The notes: a model not told the origin generated them from the sequence alone. A stretch of 63,528 nt of DNA, filler included, from Octopus bimaculoides (GCF_001194135.2; 3 parts of 3 records of this genome joined end to end with filler, not necessarily neighbours in it); one strand, 5' to 3'. Positions 13,099-26,912 are shown, numbered from the whole stretch's first letter. A program made the numbers and translations.

Positions 13099-13589
13099 CA
13101 TTATTACTATTCAGAAGGTAGCGAGCTGACAGAACCGTTAGCATACCCGACAAAATGCTTAGAAGCATTTCATTCATCATTACGTTCTGAGTTCAAATTC
13201 CACCAAGGCCAACTTTGATTTTCATCCTTTCGGGATCGATAAAATAAGTACCAGTTGAGTATTGGGGTTGATGAAATCAACTGAACCCCCACCACACACA
13301 AATTGCTGGTCTTGTGCCAAAGTTTGAAACCATTATTATTATTATCATTATTAAGGCCGCAAGCTGTCAGAATGGTTAGCACACCGGAGAAATTGCTTAG
13401 AAATATTTCCTTTGTCCTTACATCCCGAGTTCAAATTCTGCCTCTTATCTTTTGCATTTCATCCTTTTGGGATCGATTAAAACATGTCTTAGTTGAGCAC
13501 TGGGGTTGATGTAATCAACTTACCTGCTTCCCTCAAAATTACTGGCCATGTGTCAAAATTTGAAACAGTTGTTGTTGTTGCTATCATTG

Positions 13590-13616
13590 TTAGCATCATC
13601 ATCATCATCATCATCA

Positions 13617-13662
<46 letters not shown>

Positions 13663-13683
13663 CATCATTATCATTATTATTAT
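13590..13683. repeat. (CAT)n/(TAT)n microsatellite; similar (AAT)n tracts at about 13070, 57410-57505, 61905-62408 and 62935-63030
   Basis: Directly visible. Confidence 0.95.
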
Positions 13684-14513
13684 TCCAATTATTTGATTGC
13701 TGCAACTGTATTAATCACTTTAATGTTGCAGTAGTAATGATAATAACAAATCAGTACATGGCTCATTGCCAACTAACATAACTAATCCACCATAAAACAA
13801 ACAAGCAGATGGAATTACCAACCATTAAAATTGTTCAAAGACCAGATTTTAAAGCAACCAAGAACAAAAGATACCAAAAAAAATTAACCAACTTTTCACT
13901 TAAATCTCTTCACTTTTGATAAACTGACAAAGAATAAAAACTGTGTGTGTCTAATATTACTCTCTAAATTGCTTGATAACATTAAACGCACACTTTATAA
14001 TTTGGTTTCAGAATAGTATACACAAAAGCATACATGGTTGAAGAACACACGTATACAATGTGAAACATAATATAAAGACTATTTTAAATCAACAGCAGAG
14101 ACCATAAGAGATCAATATAAACTACATACATATGCATAAAATGCAAACACACCAACTGAAAAATTACAAGTATAGTTAACATGGTTATTTTTTTTTTTTT
14201 TTTTTTCCGATGGAGGAGCAAATTGTTTGTCACAAAAATACATAATGGGAATCGGGAGATATATTCATTGGTATTCATATTAGTATATTACTATTACTTA
14301 CTTTAATGACCCAGAAAGACATCAAACCTGGTGGAACAAATTCAGAACACTGAATTGTATATCATAAAAGCAACTAACCTGGATCACAATCATTTGTACA
14401 AGCTTCTTCCACTTTAACGATAATGAAAAATATTTGTAAACATATGCAAATAGGAGCACAATTGAGAGCATTTTAACTTCAATAGAATATCCTACTTTAT
14501 TACCAAATATATA

Positions 14514-15100
14514 CAGTGCCACTTAAAAGTATTAACAGTTTCCGAATATGGTAAAAGTAATAATAGTGGTTGCCCTACAAGTTCAATGACCTGTAAATAT
14601 GGTAAACAGCAACAAACTTTACAAATATTTGATGAGGTGTTTATCTTTGTGTTTATAGTATTTCAAATACACTGAGGAACTGAATTGTCTAAAATAAAAA
14701 AAATTCATTCTGAAAGAAATTAAATGAATGTCATACAGATCTAACAACTGCTGGGGAGTCTGATTTCAAAGATCCTCTTTGATCTAATTCCAGAGATTTC
14801 TTTTCTTTTTTTTTTTTTTTTTTNNNNNNNNNNTTTTTTTTTTTTTTTTTTTTTTTGCAACAATATTTACATTGAGAGTGTGAAGAGGTCATGTTATAAT
14901 AAGAATGTCATTTTCCTATATGAGTTCATATAGAACAAGGAGAGGATGTATTATTGCATTCTTATCCTGAAACGTTAAGTGTCGTTAGTAGATGTTGGGA
15001 CACAGCACCACAAGTTACTGTCATGGATGGAAATATATTTCGGTCTCTTGTTGTCCTGCATTTTATCATGCTCTGATCCTAAATACTATAATTAGTGATA
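14514..15100 (-). mobile_element. Possible Tc1-like element end
   Basis: TA-CAGTGCCACTTAAAAGTATT is a Tc1-type terminus. There is a weak QDN.RP-like remnant inside. Confidence 0.35.
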
Positions 15101-18100
15101 TGGCTCTATATCATAAAAAATTTCTTGGATGAAGTAGGACCCAATTAGGGTGTATATTTTCTACACAAACACAGAAGAACTACCTTTAATTGCAACCTGA
15201 CTTTCATTAGAAAACACTGTAATTTTTCAATAGTTTTTTCTTTAGACTGTATGCCAGAACGTTTTTTTTTTTCTCCTGTTTATGTTGAAAACCACTATTT
15301 GCTTCTAAAGTTTTGTTTCTTTTTTTTTAAACATGGGTGGGCATTCTTGAACTATTTTAGGATGTACTTAATGGGATATCTATTTTCATTAAATTCACTT
15401 ATGCCACTAAATGGCATTCCTCTATTCCATTGCCACCACATCTAATAAACAAGCTACCAACCCCGCTTGGACAACTGCCTTGTTTCCTCATTTTCACACT
15501 GTCCATTGGAAAAAAAAAAAAAGTCTTCTAAACATATCTGATTATAGATTCACGAATGACAATTTGACCATGTTGCATTTCCTATTTCAAATAGTACAAT
15601 CAGTTTTCATTTTACCTAACTCACCAATTCATTTGATTTTCTATACATCCACACTTCACAGTTTCATTGCATTTCATGATAGTTGAGCAGACAATAACAT
15701 GCATGCATCTGTATAACATATGGTTTAAGTAAATTATGGAGAAAATTTCAGAAGGAAATTTATAGCGTTTAGGAATTATTGCCTTTCCAATGGTCAGAAG
15801 AAGAAAATAGAAGAAATTGAAAAAAAAAAAGTGAACACAAAAAAAAAAGAAAGAAAAAAAAAGCAAGGAGAGAATGATAGAAAGAGAATGGAAATGTGAT
15901 CAATCAAGTGAATAAGGGAACAAGAGAAAGCATGAAAGAAAGGAAAAGACAAATTGTAAAAAAGTGAATAAAAAAGAAATATGTGGTAAATAATATTGGT
16001 GAGGAAGGTGGGAGAGAGATTACAATCATTGTAAACACTCACATGAACACATACACACCAATGACCCTGCGCCCGGGAACAGAAAATAATACAGCAAAGC
16101 TTTAAATTAAATCAACAACAGGATATTTAGAGCTGACAGAATTTTTCTCCAATACATGCAGGCCATTTTATCAAATTACCTCAGTGGAAAATGATTAGAA
16201 AAATAATTAAAAGTTGTTGTTATAGTTGTTAAAGTCATTGCAGCTTGTTTTTATGAAAAGATGTTTTCTTTTTTTTTTTTTTTTTTTTTTTTTTCGTTTC
16301 TGTGTATAAGAAATAAAATTGTTTTAAAGATAAAAGCAAACAAAAAAATGAATATAAAATGCAGCAAAGACAGTGAAAGAAAGCAATAAGATGGTCCCAT
16401 ATAAAGTGTGTCTACTAAACAAAAATTGTCAATTTACATTACACTGATCTAATGTTCATCTCACAGCTCATTAAAAACAAACTGAAATGGTCATTAAATG
16501 ATGAGAAATTTACTTTCAGTCATGTTTTCTTTTGCTTTTGAGAAATTAAATCTTCAAGGACAGTTCTTATATAAAATAAAAAAGAAAAAGTTGAGTAGAC
16601 TTTCCAAGAGAGAAATATTGGGACGACTAACAAACAATGTAAAATTTGTCAAACATTTTTTTCCCATGTACAAGAATGTGACAGTTTCCATATATTTGCT
16701 CTAATTTTACTTGCATGTCAATTAGTTAAGAAAACTGCTACTAACATACGATTTCAGTTCATTTCAAACCAAATGTCACACCATACCAGAAGCTTTCTTC
16801 TTACTGTTCAGTTGAACTGCATTGACTACCTACATATTACATTGGTTTTTATCTGAACTTCTGAATGTTACAGAATACAGTAATAACTAAAACAGTTAAC
16901 TCCAAGCTGTTGTTTCGTCATGAAGAACCTCTATCAACAATTGGGATAGTAAATGGTCTTCGTTGGAAATTGAAATGAATGCTGTTATTGTCTGCCCAAA
17001 TGAAGCATACAAACTAGTGGTATTTCCCTTCTCAATTTGAAACCATTATCAAATGTCATCAGTTTCAATTGGGTGATTCTGTTATGAAAATGGTGGTTGC
17101 CAAGACAACCATTTAACTGACAGCTGAATGAGGGAGAGCACATGAAGCAAAAGAAAGCAGTTCAAAAACATGCTTAAAGGAAAATTGAGAAACCAATGTA
17201 AGATCAATGTGTATGTATGAGTGGAAATTACATGTAAATAACTGATACAAGTGCAGATAGATCGTTTATAACAGAGCCTTATACTTCAAACACGGCATGA
17301 ACCAAACATCCCAATGATAAACACAAGTGTAGAAAACAGCACAAAGTAACCAAAACACCATCACTTGTTTCACATGTCCAATCCACAACCAGACTTGTGG
17401 ATCACATATTAGACTAGCCACATGTGAGTCCATAAAAGTTAAATCTTGAAGACAATTATCCTTGACCCTAAGGGATTGTCAAAACAAGCAATGTAAGTAA
17501 GTAAACGACCACAACAACCATATCAGAATGGTAGGCTTGGTTTACCGACATTTTACCATTTCCTTCCTATACCTAACGCATACATCAACTCAGGCTTAAA
17601 AAGCTTTTCCATACTATTGGCCTCTTTTGCTGAACTGTTAAGTTTTGGGGACGTAAACACACCAACATCAGCTGTCAAGTGATGGTGGGGCGACAAACAG
17701 ACATACTGTATGTTACTGATTGAATTAGATGTTGGTGTGTTTACGTCCCCAAAACTTAACAGTTCAGCAAAAGAGGCCAATAGAATAGTACTAGGCTTAT
17801 AAAGAATAAGTCCTGGGGTTGATTTCTTCAACTAAAGGCGGTACTGCAGCTTGGCCGCAGTCAAAAGACTGAAACAAGTAAAAGAATACTATTATGCAGT
17901 AATAAGAAATCACCATCATCATCATTCAACATCCGTTTTCCATGCTGGCATGGGTTGGCTGGTTTGACAGAAGCCGGCCAGACTCCAACTGTCTCATGAA
18001 AGAAATAAGTTGCAATGATGTCAGGCTTACGAGTTAGCCTTCTCTATAACTCGGTAAAAAAGCTTATACTCGTAGAGTATAAGTTATCAGGTGATTTCAA

Positions 18101-19396
18101 GAAGCCAAGTGAGAAGAAATGACAATTAGTCCACAGACGACATAATCTATTTCTAGCATTAGATATAAGGCAGACCTAGCAACAAGTTTAACACACAAAA
18201 TTCCACAAAACATCAAAACGTAAGTTAATATATTAAGAAGAGTAATTGATGGAATCCAAAGCTAATATAATTCCATTGTTACTGTTTTGAAATCAATCGA
18301 ATTATTAGTGCTTGTCATCATAAATAATAAAGTTAGATCTCTCCTACATTTTTAGCTTACATTAAATGGACAAACACTAAATATATTATAGATAATAACT
18401 AGATATTAAGTGTGTCTCTGTGTGTGTGTGTATGCACATAGTTGTGCACATATCATGTCAANNNNNNNNNNNNNNNNNNNNNNNNNNNNNNNNNNTACAT
18501 TAAATGGACAAACACTAAATATATTATAGATAATAACTAGATATTAAGTGTGTCTCTGTGTGTGTGTGTATGCACATAGTTGTGCACATATCATGTCAAA
18601 GACCACCTGAGACAACAGCTCTTGCTTACCAACATAAATCAAAAAAGTTACAAACTGCAAGCATCAAAGGTCACCCAGTGACCCACACCCCTTAGAATGT
18701 CTGGTGAACTTCTGAGTTGATCAGAAGCTGTGCTGTATCACTGGGGTGTTTGGTGAATAGATAAATGAGTGGGATGGGTTATGTATATGTGTATATTATA
18801 CAGAGCACATATATACATCTTATATATTCAATATAATTCCTCTCACACAAATAATGTATACTGTAAATATTTCAACATTTACTCCTTGTTTTAGTAAAGT
18901 CCAAATTACTTCAGGATTTATTATCTGTTTTAGAAACACATTTTCAAAAGGATACATTCAAACGTTCAAGGTCAATGGAGGCTCTGAATGAAGAACAAGG
19001 CTTGCAGGATGTAGTAATTGAATTCTTCCAAATTCATGATAGCCATGTTGACAATGAAGATGGCTGTCTTAATTATGAGAACAAGTCAGTCTAAGAAATT
19101 TTATAACTGTTTCAACAAAATTCTTCAAAATACCCTTATACTTTATCAAGAATCAATTCTTAGTTATACGCGCGCGTGCGTGCATGCGTGCGTGTGTGTG
19201 TGTGTATGCGTGCGTGCACGCACGCATGTGTGAGAGAGATCATCATTTAATGTCTGTTTTTCATGTTCGCAAAGGTTGGCCAGTTTCGAAGGAACTGGCA
19301 TGACAGAGACCTGCGCAAGGCTCCAGTTTTCCGTTTTGGTATGGTTTCTATGGCTGAATGACCTTCCTAACACCAACAACTTTACAGAGTTTACTG

Positions 19397-19742
19397 GGTG
19401 CTTTACATGTGGCACCACCATCGGTACTTTATGCATGTCACCAGCACCAGTGCTTTATACATGGAACCAGCACCAGCGTCTTATACGTGGTACCAGCACC
19501 AGCATTTTATACATGGCACCAGTATGGGTGCTTTATATGAGGCACCAGCATGTGTCCTTTATATGTGGTACCAGCATGGTACCAGTGCTTTATACATGGC
19601 ACCAGCACCAGTGCTTTATACGTAGTACCAGCGCAGGTGCCTTATATGTGACACCAGCACGGGTGCTTTATACATGACACCAACATGGGTGCTTTTTATA
19701 TGGCACCAGCACAGAGGCTTTGCTAATGTGACACCAGCACCT
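19397..19742 (+). repeat. 26-bp minisatellite, about 13 diverged copies (consensus cagtgctttatacatggcaccagcac), inside an RTE 3' UTR relic
   Basis: The units can be read directly; one 5-nt insertion is present. Confidence 0.9.
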
Positions 19743-20115
19743 GCACACCTGCACAATATATACACACTCACAGAAATCACTCACATTACTTTCACAATGC
19801 TTTCCTGAAGATCTTGCCATTCCACAAAATCCTATATGACAAAATTAATTTTCCCATTGATTTCCATATCATAAACTGATGTGTTCAGACAGATATTTTT
19901 CAGAAAAAAAAACAAAACAAAAAAAGGCACATGACCACTTTTATGCATGAATATGCACAGTAGAATATACATGCATGAAAACATTTGAAGAGAAATAAAT
20001 AAGAATTGTAATATTGTAACAGGGTACGTTCTTACCACAAAAGATGTTTACTACTGTGCAAGAAGTGGTAATGGAATGAGAGATACTGGGAGGACGGGGT
20101 ACACTATCTTTTATC

Positions 20116-20470
20116 TTATACGTCTGTTTGAGGGGGGAAGAACATATCCAAAGTTGTTAGATGTTTATGGCACATGATCTCTTTGTACAGATTAGTGAAG
20201 GAATTGAACTCATTGTAAATTCCTCTTGTCATTTTTATGTTAGGTTCGTGATTAGCCCTGTTATCAGCTAAAACTTGCAGACCTTCCTCCAGTAGTGCCA
20301 ACCCTTTAGCAATATTCTGTGCAGTCAATTTAAGTGGAATTTATGAAATTTCTCTATTTTCAGTCTGTGCTTCTTCTAAGAGCATTTGCTCCTCATCAGA
20401 TAAACTTTATGGGATTTTAGCAACTCAACCACATCACCCTCTATGACTTTTGAATGTTGGGCAGCACAGA
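20116..20470 (-). pseudogene. pogo/Tigger transposase C-terminal remnant
   Basis: EGDVVELLKSH...SDEEQM...LTAQNIAKGLALLEEGLQVLADN...IKMTRGIYN...NLYKEI...TTLDMFF, a Tigger-type C-terminus. Confidence 0.7.
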
Positions 20471-20479
20471 GGCAATGGC

Positions 20480-20860
20480 AAGTGATCAAGACTTGTGGAG
20501 ATATGATGTGCTTGGAAAGACCCGACAAGCCAAGTGAGACTCTAGCCATGGCTTATGCCAGTGTAGCATAACCGGCCCATTTAAAAATACCCTCAGTCAT
20601 TGGGCAATAAACTGAGCTTGCAACGACCTGTTGAGGCAAGTGAAGTTGTCGTCATGGCTGATGACAGTACCACTTGATTGGCACCTGTGCTGGAGGCACG
20701 TAAAAAGCACCCGTTGGGTATGGTTGATGCCAGTGCTGCCTGACTGGCCCCATGCTGATGGCATGTAAAAAGCACCATTCGAGCATGAGCGTTGCCAGTG
20801 CCGCCTGGCTGACTCCCATGCCAATGGCACTTAAAAAGCACCATTCGAGAAACAATTGGG
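20480..20860 (+). mobile_element. RTE 3' fragment (MASDQDLWRYDVLGKTRQAK*) with a triplicated unit of about 65 bp in its UTR
   Basis: Same C-terminal peptide as at 6700. Three taaaaagcacc units are present. Confidence 0.75.
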
Positions 20861-23523
20861 ATCAGCACATATTCAAAGATACTGCTCACCTAGAAAGCCT
20901 CAAGGGGATTTGAAAAAGAGCCAACCCTAGTACAGGACTGGTACTTTATTTAGAGATTCCAAAAGGACAAAAGCAAAGCTGACGAAGGATGAAAACAACT
21001 CACTCATGCTTCATTTTTGGCTTAGCTCCTATGGCTGGATGCCTTTCACAACACCAAAATGTTTAGAGAGTGTACTGAAGGTATTCTTTATATATCACCA
21101 GCAGCACTAGAGAGATTGTCAGATCCTCAACAAGACAAAAGAATCCATGTCTCTGTTCATATGCCAACTGCTAACAGAGTATTCTGGAAGGATTTATGGT
21201 GTCATGAACAACAGTGAGGCACGATGTACTCTGAGAGTCCCTGCCACTCTGCAAAAGTGCTAATTAGGGCAGCAAGGCTTAGAAGAAAGCAACAGATCGA
21301 TGATAAAATCAAAGGTAAAAGAATGAGAAAGAGAGTGATGGCTAGTGGTAGGAGTAGAGGATTGTCAATAGCAGGTGATAGGAGATGAAAAGGGAATAAT
21401 GGTAAAAATACCTCAGGATTAGCATAAAAAAGCGAGAGTAATCTGAGTGAAAGTGAGGTATGAGAAGTAGAGGCATGAATGGTAGAAATGAGTGATAAGA
21501 GGGACATATGATAGAGAAATGAATGACAGGAGTACTCAATATACACACCTTCAAGGCATGACAAAGAGGATGAGTGAGGAGATAACATGACCAAGGAGAC
21601 AGAATAAGGAAAATCCAAGATATGTGGGTAAAAGAACAAGACTACGGTGACAGTGGAATGGGTAATGACTGGCAGTGGAAAAGGGGTGGATGAAGACAGA
21701 GTGTACTGTGTGAGAGTGTGTGTGTGTGCGCGCGTGCACGCATGTATAATGTCCCTTCATTAGCTTCAGGTTAGAAACCAAATGCATTCATGTAAAACAA
21801 ATGATTTTAGTTCATATAACAAACGTCTGTGCCACCAGAGATTCTCTGCTTTGAGTTTGATGACCATCTTAGTGAACTACATAAAGCTGAGAAGATATCT
21901 CCAAATGAGCAAAAATCAAATCAAATACTTAAATGGATGAAACTCTATTATAATTACATAACATATAAATAATTATCTGCTAAAGGCCACAATTTGAAAT
22001 GCAGCTTCTACAAAGACTGAAATGCCAATTCAGAATACACATTATGACAATTGATCAAGTATGTGACATTTCATAATCTAAAGTACCATCTATCAATACA
22101 TGAGTGTCTGCTGAGATGTCAAATTCTGGCTAAATAGTTGTTATTAGAGAGTAACTAATACAGCTTAGGGACTTCTCAATCAATTAACCATAATAACGCA
22201 CTTATACAAACTAACAAAATAATTGCTGCTTCTTAGATGCCAGTTGCAATCAAAGTACACTCAACAGCAAAATGAGGCTGTATATACATGCAGTGAGTGA
22301 AACACAAAAACTCAGATGTGTAAGAGACATAAAAGAGGGGGGAACTTTGGGGAAATAGGAAGCCCTCAGCAAGGTCAATCTGAGACATTGTTTTGAGTTA
22401 TAACTGGCACTGGCTCACTTATTTCAAGTAATACTTTTGGAAAAGAGGAATCCCCAGAATTTCCTGCTTCCTTTTATAAATTCACAGCTTTAGGTTCAGG
22501 TAAAAAAAAAAAAAAGTCCTGTAACAGCACAAAAAGAGAGAAGCAGGAGAGAGAGACATGGCGGGCAGGCATATATACACAGAAACAAGCAAGTTCATTC
22601 TAAGTACGCCTGTGAAAAGAGAAGTGTCCAAAAATTTACTATTCTGATAAGAACCATTCCATGTTGCATAATTAGCTGGACTAGCAGCAAAGTGGTAGAA
22701 ATGGTGAAGAATCAGACAAAACACAGTAAGGTATTTAAAATTTTATCTAGATTCTGAGACTAAGTCAACCTATGATTTTCCTTTAGCTACATTTGATTTA
22801 AAAAATGGTGTACAAGAGCTAGACTATGGTACCAAATCTATACAGGGGAGCTTTTAGATGGCTGCTCAACCGGATAGAAATCAACAGCCACATATCTCTC
22901 AAATCACACCTTACCATCTTGTAGTCACAGTGTCTGAAAAAAAAAAGACACAATAATCATAGCTAGAATGTCATTTGATCAGAGCTGACATTAAGCTAAA
23001 CAAAAACAACATCATAAGTGCTTGACTGTTTACGACATTCTTTCATTTGTTTCAATTAGACTGCAGCTGTTGAATTTCAGTGGAATGAATGAACCCCAGT
23101 ACCTTTTCTTTTTAAGCTTGATACTTATTTTATCAGTCTCTTTCACTGAACCACTAAGTTACAAGGACATAAACACACAAACACCAGTTGTCAAGGAGTG
23201 GTGGGACACACATGCACGCACACACACACACGTATATGATGGGATTCTTCCTTCAGTTTCCGTCTATCATATACACTCACAAGGATTTGGCAAGCCCAAG
23301 GCTACAGAAGAAGACACTTGCCCAAGGTTCCATGCAGTGGTACTAAACCCAAAACTACGTGGTTGGGAAGCAAACTTCTTAACCACACAGCCACAAAAAG
23401 AAACAGTTATTTACAAAGGTAAATCATGCTATTCTTAGAGCCATTTTTTTCTTTTTTCAATTTTCTATCAATTTTTGTATTACACACACACACACACACA
23501 CTCTTTCTCTCCATACATTTTTG

Positions 23524-23604
<81 letters not shown>

Positions 23605-23705
23605 CNNNNNNNNNNNNNNNNNNNNNNNNNNNNNNNNNNNNNNNNNNNNTTAATTAATTAANNNNNNNNNNNNNNNNNNNNNNNNNNNNNNNNNNNNNNN
23701 NNNNN

Positions 23706-24220
23706 ACCGGCAGATACAAACAAGGATTGATTCTCTGCTGCCATCGCCAGCACACATTGCTCAAGGCAAACAGTCTAAGGAAGCAGATAAGTTTCAGGTG
23801 ACTCCAAGCTCGGCTGATGTCGCTAAAGTTATCAGGCAGTACAAGGCCGGAGATCCTGTGTATGCACTATACTATGGACCTCGCCGAGACAAAGATCCCC
23901 GATGGGTACCAGCAATCATTAAGAAGTCATTGGGTACTCGCTGCTTTAACGTGAAGGTCATACCTCATGGCCCAATGTGGAGACGATACTGGGAACAGCT
24001 GCGACCGCGGTACACAACTGAGGAAGACAATGAACCTGGTGATGCAGAAAACACTGTATTTGAGTTTGCAACAGATCACTCGATGGAGATCTCGGAAACT
24101 GTGCCACTAACTCAAAGACTAACCAGACCCAAGACCATGTTACCCGTTCCAGTGTATGGACCAGACAACCCAAGACGGTCCAAGAGAACCCGTAAAACCC
24201 AAGAGAGACTTTGCTGTTGA
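23706..24220 (+). mobile_element. Gypsy/Ty3 pol 3' end (integrase C-terminal region); 5' part lost in an assembly gap
   Basis: Open frame RQIQTRIDSLLP...YKAGDPVYALYYGPRRDKDPRWVPAIIKKSLGTRCFNVKV...WRRYWEQLRPRY*, followed by a polypurine tract AGTGGGGAGG. Confidence 0.88.
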
Positions 24221-24254
24221 TACTTCTTGTGTAGCATCAATTTCAGTGGGGAGG

Positions 24255-24514
24255 TGTTATATGGACTGTTGGATTTGTGTTCGTCTGAAGTCCTGTGTCA
24301 ATGTGGTTCGTCTGAGTTCATCGTTTCATTGTTGTTGTTCTGAATGACTGTAGTAGTAAAAGGTCATTGATATATATGGCGGACATGATTCTTGTTTATT
24401 CATAACGAACATTGGGTGAGTGCGTTCTTTGTATGTAATTGAATAATAAATGTAATAATTAAATCGTACAACTCGTTGTGTTATCTCTGCGAGTCTCCCG
24501 AGGGAAATACAACA
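24255..24514 (+). mobile_element. 3' LTR (260 bp) of that Gypsy element
   Basis: It starts TGTT right after the PPT and ends AACA, with a TATA-like tract and AATAAA (24445) inside. Confidence 0.8.
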
Positions 24515-25120
24515 TAAAGTGTGTGATAAGACTGGCTCTTTGAATGACAAGTTTAGTCTATCAAACTATAGCATCCACAGTTTTTTGTCAACTCATTTTC
24601 ATTCACAAATTTTGGGTTGATCTGAACCTGAAGACATTTAGTAATCTCAGTGGCAGACTATCAGAAGCAACAACAACTGAGAGACAAGACCATTCTAGCA
24701 CAGCCAAATTGGGAAAGATGTTATAATTCATGTGCAGCCCAGGATAAGACAAACTGTGATGAATAAGGAGCTATGACAGCCTACACTTACCTGCCAGTGA
24801 ATTAACACCAAATTTTCACCTTACTTGTCCAGCATGTAACAAAATATTTCATGTCTATATTAGACTTGTTAACCGCTCCCTAACATACTTTCTCACTCCC
24901 TGAACCCATGACTGAAGTCACGCTCAGCAACCCATGAAAATGATGAACACAAGATGAAACAACAAATGTTTGGCATGCAGTGTAATGAATACCAGATGAT
25001 ATATATGTAAGGATAAAATCTTTATAAGAATTTATCAAGTAGTCAGCGTGAAAAAACCTCATAAGGAAAAAAAAAAAACCATCATTTTTTTTCCATAAAT
25101 ATATATAATTTAATTTATAT

Positions 25121-25298
25121 AAGGGCATTACTATACAATAATGCCTCACGCTTAGAGGGACTTCATAAGTCAAAACTACCAAAATAAGCACATTTTTACC
25201 GATCGTGAGGGAATGCAACTTTCAAAGCTAACCTCCTAAAAACTTTTAACTTGCGAAGTCCCTCTAAGCGTGAGGCATAATTGTATAGTAATGCCCTT
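25121..25298. mobile_element. 178-bp MITE with 44-bp TIRs (AAGGGCATTACTATACAAT...GAGGGACTTC, 1 mismatch); possibly PIF/Harbinger-type
   Basis: Direct reverse-complement comparison of the ends. Confidence 0.8.
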
Positions 25299-25540
25299 CA
25301 TCATCATCATCATCATCATCATCGTTTAACGTCCGCTTTCCATGCTAGCATGAGTTGGACGATTTGACTGAGGACTGGTGAAACCGGATGGCAACACCAG
25401 GCTCCAATCTAATTTGGCAGAGTTTCTACAGCTGGATGCCCTTCCTAACGCCAACCACTCAGAGAGTGTAGTGTGTGCTTTTACGTGTCACCCGCACGAA
25501 AACGGCCACGCTCGAAATGGTGTCTTTTATGTGCCACCCA
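25299..25540 (-). mobile_element. Young RTE 3' UTR copy
   Basis: Near-consensus sequence with a (CAT)n tail on the left. Confidence 0.88.
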
Positions 25541-26362
25541 AATTAAATTATATATGTATATATATATATATATATTAGAGGATAAATTGGAGGATGCATT
25601 CTGGGTTATAAGATGTAGTGAGATCAAAGTAGCAAGAGAGTATATTACAAAGAGATAATAGAGGGAAAGTATAGTATGTAGTGTGTCTTTTAACATGTTA
25701 ACCTTTTGTTTAATATGGCAGACCTCACTTTTACATCCAACCCACATTCTGCAGGCAATAGTACAGAATTTATTGATGACGATGATGATAAGAAAAGCAA
25801 TGATAATGTGTTTATAATGGTCATGGTGGTGGTGATGATGATGGTGATGATGATGATGATGATATCAACCAGCATGGCTGTCTGGTTAAGAAGCGTGCTT
25901 CCCAACAATGTGGTTTGGGGTTCAATCCCAGTGTTGCACCTTGGGTAAGTGACTTGTACTATAGCCCTAGGCAGGCCAACCAAAGTCTTGAGAGTGAATT
26001 TGGAAAATGGAAACTGAAAGAAGCCTGTCATGTGCCTATGTGTTTATGTCTTGACATTATGTGTTTGCTGTAAATGAGCATCACCGTCATACAAGTGATG
26101 TTGTTTGATTAAAATCTTCAAAATAAAAACGTCTAGCCTTGAGGAAATATTATCTTGCTTGGAAACAGGTGAGGGCTGGCAACAGAAAGAGCATCCAGCT
26201 ACGGAAAATATGCCTCAACAAATTCTGCTGCACAGAAAAGTGAACGTAAAATGATGATGACGATGATCACAATGACAATAACAGTAATGACAATGAAAAT
26301 TTTAAGAATAATACTAATAATGAAGGCAGTAAGAAGGAACGTTATTATTATTATTATTATTG

Positions 26363-26912
26363 AGTGAGAGAGCAGTGCATGCCATCAAAGTGACACTGGG
26401 GTAAAATATACGAAGCCCAGTATACCCATCATGACTACCCGTCTGATAAGGGTACACCAGGCACATGCATCACAACCATATGTGCACGACATGGTGATCT
26501 CATATCAAGATAAACAGTGCATGACCTCACAGGTGGGGCCCAGTTAGAATTTTCTTCAGGTCGAGTAGCGTATCCCGCTCAAAAGGTCTCTGAATAAGGT
26601 TTGTTTAAGGATGTTGAACAAAACACCCATGTTTACAAAGGTGAATTATTCAAACCCCAAAGAATTCCTCTCAACACATGACTATGATGCTCTCCCACTA
26701 CTTCTGCTTGTGATCAGAGATACACATATTGTCAGCCACCAAGAGACATGCTCAACTGGTTAAGGTCAAACAACTGACAAACAAATCTGTGGTTTTGAGC
26801 AGAATATTTGCTGTAGCCCATCTTTTTATACCAAGACAAAACAATGTACATGATAACACTTCCAATCAATTAAGATCAGAAGCCATGAGAGCCACTGCCT
26901 GGTACTGCATCC
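26363..26912 (-). mobile_element. About 520-bp interspersed repeat with (AAT)n tail (probable retroposon); second copy at 62409-62900
   Basis: The two copies are colinear, and both abut (TTA)n tracts at gagtgagagagcagtgcatgcca. Confidence 0.8.

Noticed and set aside
14302-14349. 48-nt AG/GT-bounded minus-strand segment (CSEFVPPGLMSFWVIK); similar short candidates at 5516-5625 (+), 7406-7430 (+) and 1781-1880 (+)
   Set aside because: Short, with no recognisable homology or compatible neighbours; expected by chance in 63 kb.
18356-18600. Exact direct duplication of about 105 bp around a short gap (similarly 50431-50481 vs 51011-51063)
   Set aside because: Typical unmerged contig-end overlap across an assembly gap.
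21200-21660. 145-aa minus-strand ORF 21202-21639
   Set aside because: Low-complexity antisense of a purine-rich, stop-riddled, probably LINE-derived relic; too degenerate to classify.
23650-23661. TTAATTAATTAA island between N runs (also 52913-52924)
   Set aside because: Identical 12-mers isolated inside gaps look like a scaffolding linker with stops in all frames, not biology.
25369-25386. CTGAGGA-ctggt-GAAAC in RTE 3' UTR copies (also about 29985-30005 and 10420-10435 on minus)
   Set aside because: Only 5 nt lie between the core halves, so stem II cannot form, and there are no matching stems I/III.
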